A stretch of 64,000 bases of DNA from Antedon mediterranea (Eukaryota; Animalia; Echinodermata), in assembly GCF_964355755.1 (NCBI RefSeq), contig NC_092671.1, forward strand, positions 39,008,304-39,072,303, written 5' to 3'. This document shows, one piece after another, positions 56,601 to 64,000 of this stretch. Below the pieces are notes generated by a model. That model was not told where the DNA came from, did not search any database, and worked only from the letters and a program-made list of their open reading frames with translations. Numbering within the stretch: position 1 is the stretch's first letter; every line of letters starts with the position of its first letter. The position numbers and the translations under genes were made by a program.

Positions 56601-58018
56601 TCTGAATGAAATTATCTCAGCAACAACGTATTAATGTGTAGAAGAAATTTGAATACGTGAAATATTGATGCGTGCTCTTTTAAATGTAATGAAATATAAT
56701 GCAAAAGATGAAAATACGACTTTTTTTATTTAACTGGCCATATGATGACGTCACAACATTCAATTGGCACAATTTACACATGATTTTGTATCTACAATAC
56801 AATAGCTTCCTGAAAACGTTTTAATTGTGATTATCACATTTTATTCTTACGAGGCATAACAGATTAAAATTTACTGTAAAGATGAAATTAATGACCAACG
56901 TAATTTAAATTTTTAGGCATAATGACGTTAAAAAAATTTTAAAATTTTTAATTCATGCAAAAGATAGTTGATAGATCTAGAATATATTAAAATCGGAATG
57001 AAAATGGACAACGAATAAGTGGAGATGCGCTCTATTAAATGTGATGAGCTATGACGAAAGAGACAAAAATCCTATATTTTATATTCGCGTGGCCATACGA
57101 TGACGTCACAATGTCCGGTTAGCCATATTAATGCATGATCCGATATCTACAACTCATCAACTTCCAGAATATGTAATTAAAAAAAAGTTCTCCATGTAGT
57201 TTAGAATCTATGACTGTTTAAAAATAGGCATAATTTTGACGAATTTTTGAACTTTTTCACCAAATACGCGTGCAAATTATCTAATTCGACGTGCTCGTAT
57301 GCCGTAATTTTAAGTCGAAATTGTTTAAAATTTGGTAACATTACTAGAAAAGGCTGAAAAAACATAAATCACGCGAAAAAAATATGTTTTTAACGCTACG
57401 TGTGCACCGCGTGCGTAAAAATGTTCGCGCGAGTGGGAATTTTTGACATGCTCAAAATGACATGAAACGCATAGAAAGTTGATTAGAAGTTTATATTTCG
57501 CACGTTAAAATTTTAAACGCGCGTGCGCGCGTAACTTTTTGTGAAACATGCTATTTTTAATCCATAGAAAGTTTGCGCTTGATATGACTTAAATTTTCAC
57601 AAAGTTTCAAAACAAAATTATGTTTGGTTTTTAGTCTATGATCAATCATTGAAATTCATAAAATCGCACGTAAGTCACGTTGCGCAACTCTGACGTCATT
57701 CAAAAATAGGAGGTGCACAAGTTCACGTAAATGTCGATATGTTGACAAAGTTACGATATGTTCTGTCTACACGTTTTAGAGAAACGCGACGCACAAAAAT
57801 GACAGAAAGAAAGAAGTATAATACAGAAAAAAAATTTGATGAAACAGGACGATTACAAGGAGTTATCCGCTACTAAGCGGATAACTAATAACAAAGAAGA
57901 TGAAAAAAAAGATATTTACAATCACAAGGGTTATCCGCAACTTCTAAGTTGCGGATAACCAAAAAAAAAAAGATCCTGACAATAACAAGAGGTTATCCGC
58001 CAAGAGCGGATAACCAAT
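53636..58018. mobile_element. Three nested non-autonomous Helentron/Helitron2-like elements
   Basis: Three homologous bodies start ACTAG..AACTCGTC..GACGAGTT..GTTATCCGC at 53636, 54791 and 56308; three terminal GTTATCCGC..GCGGATAAC hairpins are stacked at 57861, 57929 and 57991. Confidence 0.8.
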
Positions 58019-58919
58019 TACAAAAACGACCAGAGCAGCCACTTTACAACAACCTTTTAATTTATAAGTCAATGAGTAAAACAAAAAAATCAACCGATTT
58101 TACCTATTCAAATTGTCATGTATAATTTCAACTATTTTATCAATTTATTTAACGTTTGTTTCAAGTGGTATGCCGCAACGACAAATCGTGTGTGTGTTGG
58201 ATAGGCATTACTCTACACTGTCTGTATGCCTAGCCTACACACAGAGTGCTGCTGCTGCTCTGGTTGTGTATGATCTCAAAACCCCACTCAATTGACGTAA
58301 GTAGTTATGATATCCCAAAAATTTAAATAAATTTAAGACTATAATGACATTTTATTAAATATAAATCATCCTCTAAAATCTTGAGAGAGGCTATTGAGGA
58401 TAAAAACTATGATTTATACCAACTCATATGCACTACTTCACGGCTACTACTATATAAAGAGATTTGACACGCATCACAAAAACGTACAGAGCTGTGAGAA
58501 GCATGAATGGTACTTTTGTAGGCCTGGGCTTAGCTCATGGTGTCCATTTGCGTTTTATAGTTTTAACATATAAAACAAGAATTTTACTATGTCTGTACAC
58601 AATGTACGTGTTTGCTTTTTTTTTTTATCAAAGTATAAGCATAGAGATATTACTCTATGGTATAAGGTATAGGCCTAGCCTGTATTGTGGTTTGTTTATC
58701 CTTGAACGTTGATTTCGAAATCGTAAAACCGTACGTCAACAAAAATACAAAAATTATGAAATAAAAAAAAAAAAAAGTGAATTCATATTGAAATTTAAAT
58801 TACTAATAAATTAGATTTTATTTTAATTAAAATAATCTTACATTTTGCAAAGATGTATTCGATTTTTGAAGATTGTTGATGGTTTTATGGGCTCTCTTCA
58901 TCCGTCCTTTTACGAAGAC

Positions 58920-59080
58920 AAATCGACTTCAATTGATGACGTCACTAAGCTGCTATAACAAGTCAAATCCAATCAAAAGCCGAGATTTTAAGAATTTCCC
59001 CCGCGTCGGTGTAATTAATGCAGACTCCTCCCCATTTCGTCAAAGAAAACAACACTTCCGGATTCGCGCTATATTTAAAC
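58920..59080. promoter_or_regulatory. Putative housekeeping-type promoter cluster (possibly for SIN3A)
   Basis: TGACGTCA (CRE), CCAAT, TTTCCCCCGCG, CACTTCCGG (ETS) and TTCGCGC within about 140 bp of CpG-richer DNA upstream of SIN3A; the TSS cannot be determined from sequence. Confidence 0.35.
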
Positions 59081-60721
59081 TGAATATGAACCAAAGCACA
59101 AAAATATAACTAGCTAGTATACACTACAACTGTACCATAATTCTTTGTCTTCAAAACAAAAAATTGTATTAAATATTTTTATTTTTATTCGTGTCAGTTC
59201 AAACAATATCTATCTGTTAATCTTGATCAATTTTTCAATTTTCGAATAAACTTTGGTACTGTCGTATTTGGAGGGTTTTCAGAGATGAGATGAGGGTATA
59301 TTGGGCATGTCGGAGATGGGGGTTCGCAGTTGATTAAGGAGGTTCGCTGTAAAGGGGAGGGGATTCGCGCTAACCATAAAAACCCCTCCTGGCTATACCC
59401 TTTACCGTGCTGAATTCTGAAGCATCATCTTATATGGATATGATGGGTCCGTCGTTGCAACAAAACTCTACTACTAAAACTAATATTTAAGTTGGTATAA
59501 TTATTATGTGTAGCCCATTACAGTACAGTATTACTTTGAGATTGTCTAATAATTCCTAATGATTCATTTGAATCATTCTTCTCATTGCATTCCTCAATTC
59601 GGACAGTTTGATAAAATCCAACAACAACCACATCAACCCTGCTTGTAAAAATAAAACTTTAAAAATGGATCTATTTTTCTTCTAATCAAGTATTTTTATT
59701 GACTTCAAAAATAACACTACAATAATAATCCATGATTTTTTTTTATATAAAAATCAACTTTAAAATCTGAGTATTCAAGTTTTCTATAATTAAACAAAAT
59801 AAATGTATAAATCTACTTATTGTATTGCTATAAAAGTATTGGACTCAGCAGTTTTCATTATTTGTAAAATTAAATTGATCATCAATTTAATTTCAAGAAG
59901 ATATTATTTTGCTATTAATGTCCAATGTTATCACAGTAAAATAAGATTCATAGTAAAAAAAAACATAATAAAAAAAAAATTATACTATTTTATTATTCTC
60001 AGCTGAAATTGTTTTAATACCTCGTGGGTATCATTAAAATAACTAGACAAGGTATATTATGTTTGAAAACAACTAGCATTAAAATCCAATAGACTGGATA
60101 TATAACAAATGTATGTTAAAAATTCTAGTAATATATCAAAACCACAGTACTGTTTTTACACAAATCTGGACGTATTTTGTCCTAGAAGATAATCAATAAC
60201 TGATAATCGATATCATTAAAAAATAGATTGACATGTGTCAAGGACTAGCATGTCAAAGTGTGCAGCATTTTTGTCTTTAAAGTTATGTTTAAAAAACTAT
60301 TTTTTATAGGACATTGGCAATGCCTACTGTCCTCCGTTTTGGTCACAAAAACAGAATGTTCGATAATAACTCACTATTAACCTCCTTCACCCCTAACCCC
60401 AACTAGTGTTTACTTTTTTTTATTGTGGTATGAAAAAAATATAAATTAAAAATTTATAATCTATAATTAATTTTATTCATACATTATTCCCAAATTGATT
60501 TTGTGTACTTTTTATCCTAATATGGTAATTATTAACAATATACTTATCTGTCCTCATACTTTCCTATTTCACCCATTTTTCTTTATTTTTTATCTCAATT
60601 ATCACATTCCACACTGATTATTAATATTTTGCAATTTTTCATAATTAGTTGTGTTTTTTTAAGCAATTATAATACTTGATGAAGGCTACAAATATGTATT
60701 TAATATTTCCACAAAGAAATT

Positions 60722-63259
60722 CTACAAATTACTAGGTGTGTTGTGAACGTAGATATCAGAGCTGCAGTCACCCCCAGGGTATCGGATCTCGTGGGCAAGT
60801 ACTGGTCCGCCTGGTTCATTGCCAAAATCAATGAGCACATCCTTGTTGAGGGTCAGGCCTCCTTGTTCAGTGTCCACATCAATTTGCAGCATCACAGACC
60901 CCTCTCTGTTGAAAATGACAAACATCATATTGAAACGTAAGGTAGTGATATGCACAAATATGGTAGTGATCTGACATCGTCTAAATATGAGCACATTTTT
61001 TGTCACATAAATTTTGATAGTGTAGACAGAGTTTAAATCATTATTTGATTTACGATTATATTGATTTATATCAATCAGTATTATATAATAATTAATGCTG
61101 TATAACACTTACTTGACCATGTCTGGGTAGAATTGTACATCCCATTGACTGTAGAGGGAGGTTGTCACAAAAAGGCGTTTACCATCCAGACTTAGCTGAA
61201 TCATCTGAGGTCCACCATGGATGCGTTTTCCATTAAAGTAAAACGGCTCTGGTTGTTCGTCAAGCTCCACATCTTTAATAACTTTCACAGGTCCATTCTT
61301 GCAAACAGACCCACCAAGGAAAATCTAAAAGTATCACATTTTGTGTTTTTAATACAGATCTACCTTCTGCTTATAATACAGTATATGGTTTTGTAATGCA
61401 TATGTAATGTCGCCCTCTAATAAAATAAAAGTCTGACAAGTTTTGGATGCTTGAATATGTTTGCTGCCCTCTAAATGATAAACTTACCTGTCCTACAAGT
61501 TTAGGGTTTTTTGTATCTGTGACATCATATTGTCGAATATCTCCATGTAGCCAGTTACTAAAGTACAGAAACCGATCATCCAATGAGAGTAGAATATCAG
61601 TGATAAGACCTTTCGTAAAAAAAACAACATGGTTACTGATGGTTATTGAGATCAAGAATTGAATCTATAATCTTTATTTTCACAATATTTCATAATTTAC
61701 ATACAATTTAATGTAACAAATAAAAAGAGACAGTCTGTACAGTTGTTATACAATCTAACAACAATCTAACAACAATCTAACAACAATCTAACAACAATCT
61801 AACAACAATCTAACAACAATCTAACAACAGGATGTTGAGCTCCGGAGATCAAAGGGTTTATCTGTGGCTGCAACACGATCAGTTCATGTCCTTTAACAGA
61901 CACAGCACGTTGGGGACAATATGTACATGGTACAGTACAGTTGGTACATGTCGCTCAGTGTCATGCTGTTAGATTTCCTTGCATACCCATGGCATTATCA
62001 AATGAGGGGTTGCGACAGCAACAGAGCGCCATAACACATTGTGTCCGCAACCCCTGTAACATACAACTTAATACAAGTTAAAAATGAATATAAAATATAC
62101 AGAATATATAACAAATTTAATTAATTTGTATTACTGTATTACACAATTTAAAATACACCTATACAATTAAAATAAAGTTAGCGTTTATCAAGCAGATATT
62201 TTTTCGATTTCGACAGGAAATTTTTCAAAGGAAGAGTAACTGCTTTATCTTTGATTATGGAGGGTAGTGATGACCATATAACAGGAAAATTGTTGATAGA
62301 CGAATATTTTAAAGTATCGGTACGTGCAAAAGGGTGGACAAATGTGAGTAATTCAGGATGGCGTTGATTGATATGGATATTATTATTTACAGTACTACAA
62401 AAAGTTACATTATAAAAACAACGAAATATAAAGGAAATTAAAATCATTAAACGTCTATCACGTAAGGAGAACCAACCCAAAGTTATTAAACGTTCGTCGT
62501 ATGATATATGTCCTCAGTGGGGTCCCAGAATACGTCTAGAGGCCCGTCGCTGAACCTGTTCGAGGCGTTCTACGTGTCCTCCATTTCTGGGGCCCCACGC
62601 CGGCAAACCATACTCTAGAATAGGTAGCACCAAAGTTTTGTACAGACACGAAATCGCGTCTGGAGAAAAATTTCCGGCTACAGAAAAAATAAAGCCTAAC
62701 ATTCGAATAGCTTTAGATATTAGATTATCGATATGAACATTCCAATTCAGTTTAGAATCGATATGTAGTACTCCTAAATGTTTATGGCTATCCACCACCG
62801 CAATTGTCTCACCATTAAGAAAGTACAACGGCTTAACAAAGTTACGCTTTCTGGTGATATGCATTAATTTAGTTTTAGACTTTGACTAATAATTGGATCT
62901 AAACAAAATTTATTTACCTGAAAAAAACTGTAATTTACAGCAAAAAAGGTTGAATTGGCTGCAAGTGAAACATTTTTGTTTTTGTTTTCTTTCTATGGAA
63001 GTGATTAACTTTAATAAAACTACAAAATAATCTATTCAAAATCTGATTCAATTAAACTTCTTTTTTTCATGTTTTTGTGGGACAATACATCTTTAATAGG
63101 ATATAAAGATGACCGAAAAACAAAAATCATTTAAAAACAGAAATTTAAAACAAATATCTAAAAAGAGAAAACGAAAATACCTGGCATTGAAGGAAGAGCC
63201 CAGCCCTCAACTTCTTTATTCGCTACGTCAATAACCTTCTCGTGAGCCCATGTACCATT
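60722..63259 (-). CDS. SELENBP1: Selenium-binding protein 1 / methanethiol oxidase, last 4 exons; the 5' part lies outside the window
   Basis: Exons 63259-63181, 61609-61488, 61324-61113, 60905-60722. Motifs [57 protein letters not shown] and [16 protein letters not shown]. Confidence 0.96.
61749..61828. repeat. 11-bp tandem repeat (ACAATCTAACA), about 7 copies
   Basis: Directly visible; lies in the presumed 3' UTR of the adjacent LINE fragment. Confidence 0.9.
62178..62870 (-). mobile_element. 5'-truncated CR1/L2-group LINE (end of reverse transcriptase ORF2) in a SELENBP1 intron
   Basis: [42 protein letters not shown]; after a frameshift, [10 protein letters not shown] and WSSLPSII. Confidence 0.85.
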
Positions 63260-63898
63260 CTGTAATGTAAAAACATAGCGAGTGTTTATACAATAATTTC
63301 TCTATAATAATAATTTATTGAAACTAGACCAATACACGGTGCGTTCTATATACAGATAGACATTCAACAGATACAAATTAATAAAAACAGATACAAAATA
63401 AAACTAGTCAACCACCGACTCGATCGCTGTCGTAGTCGTACGTCACTTATGCAATATACAATGAATTAAAAAGAAAAGAAATACAAACAGTTAAGAAGTA
63501 AAAATTAAACACCCTTATAGTTCAAACAGTTTTGTTTTAACTCCATTTTAGTTGAGATAAAAACAATAGCAATTTCAATCATACACAATTGAATGTGAGC
63601 ATTTTTATCATGCACCACTTATCATATCAACTTTCAACGATTGTGTATACAATACAATACAATATCAACCTGTATTCAAGGCCAGAGAGCTATATTTACA
63701 ATAGGTTAAACCATAGGGCAAAGTGCTACAGACAATTGAAAAAAAATGATTTCCTATACTCAGCAAATGCACGAGCACTGAACCTCAACAATGCCATTAT
63801 ATTTGTTGAAAAAAAGAGGAGTAGTAGGGCCTATATTTACCCATCCAGCCTCTACACAAAATCCAAATTAACTTGAAATCTGATAAATTCTAGACTAT

Positions 63899-64000
63899 TA
63901 GGGAGGTTTCGCAATCTTACGAATACGATAACGAAAACGGATACGTCACGCACACGTATTCGTTTTTCGTAAGCCAGTAAAAATCTGTTTCGCATGGCAA
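63899..64000. mobile_element. Possible start of another MITE, cut by the window edge
   Basis: TAGGGAGGTTTCGCAA followed by CG-rich ACGA/TCGT subrepeats with an abrupt composition change; the other end is not visible. Confidence 0.3.

Noticed and set aside
60722-63259. Selenocysteine recoding or SECIS in SELENBP1
   Set aside because: No in-frame TGA in the visible exons, and SELENBP1 is not a selenocysteine protein in animals.

Overview
AT-rich, intron-rich animal genomic DNA, not prokaryotic. The gene and repeat style suggests an invertebrate deuterostome such as an echinoderm (inference only). I reconstructed five protein-coding genes exon by exon with consistent splice phases: the 3' part of EPG5 (+, 372-9631), an uninterrupted TLNRD1/MESDC1 ORF (-, 23186-24211) head-to-head with MESD (+, 25528-26770, apparently with a GC-AG intron), a complete SIN3A-like corepressor (-, 21 coding exons, about 1293 aa) and the 3' part of SELENBP1/methanethiol oxidase (-). 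Introns and intergenic DNA are full of mobile DNA: about 24 copies of one MITE, a second MITE family, a Kolobok-like element, two CAGGG-terminated elements with 5-bp TSDs, a decayed Sola2-like transposon with about 930-bp TIRs, tRNA-derived SINEs, LINE fragments and two intronic minisatellites. Best leads: a 2.2-kb element with RSS-heptamer (CACAGTG) ends and asymmetric 15/27-bp spacers; three Helentron-like elements nested inside each other; a minimal hammerhead ribozyme in an EPG5 intron; and a 1.7-kb array built from two hairpin modules. All family assignments come from recalled motifs, not database searches.
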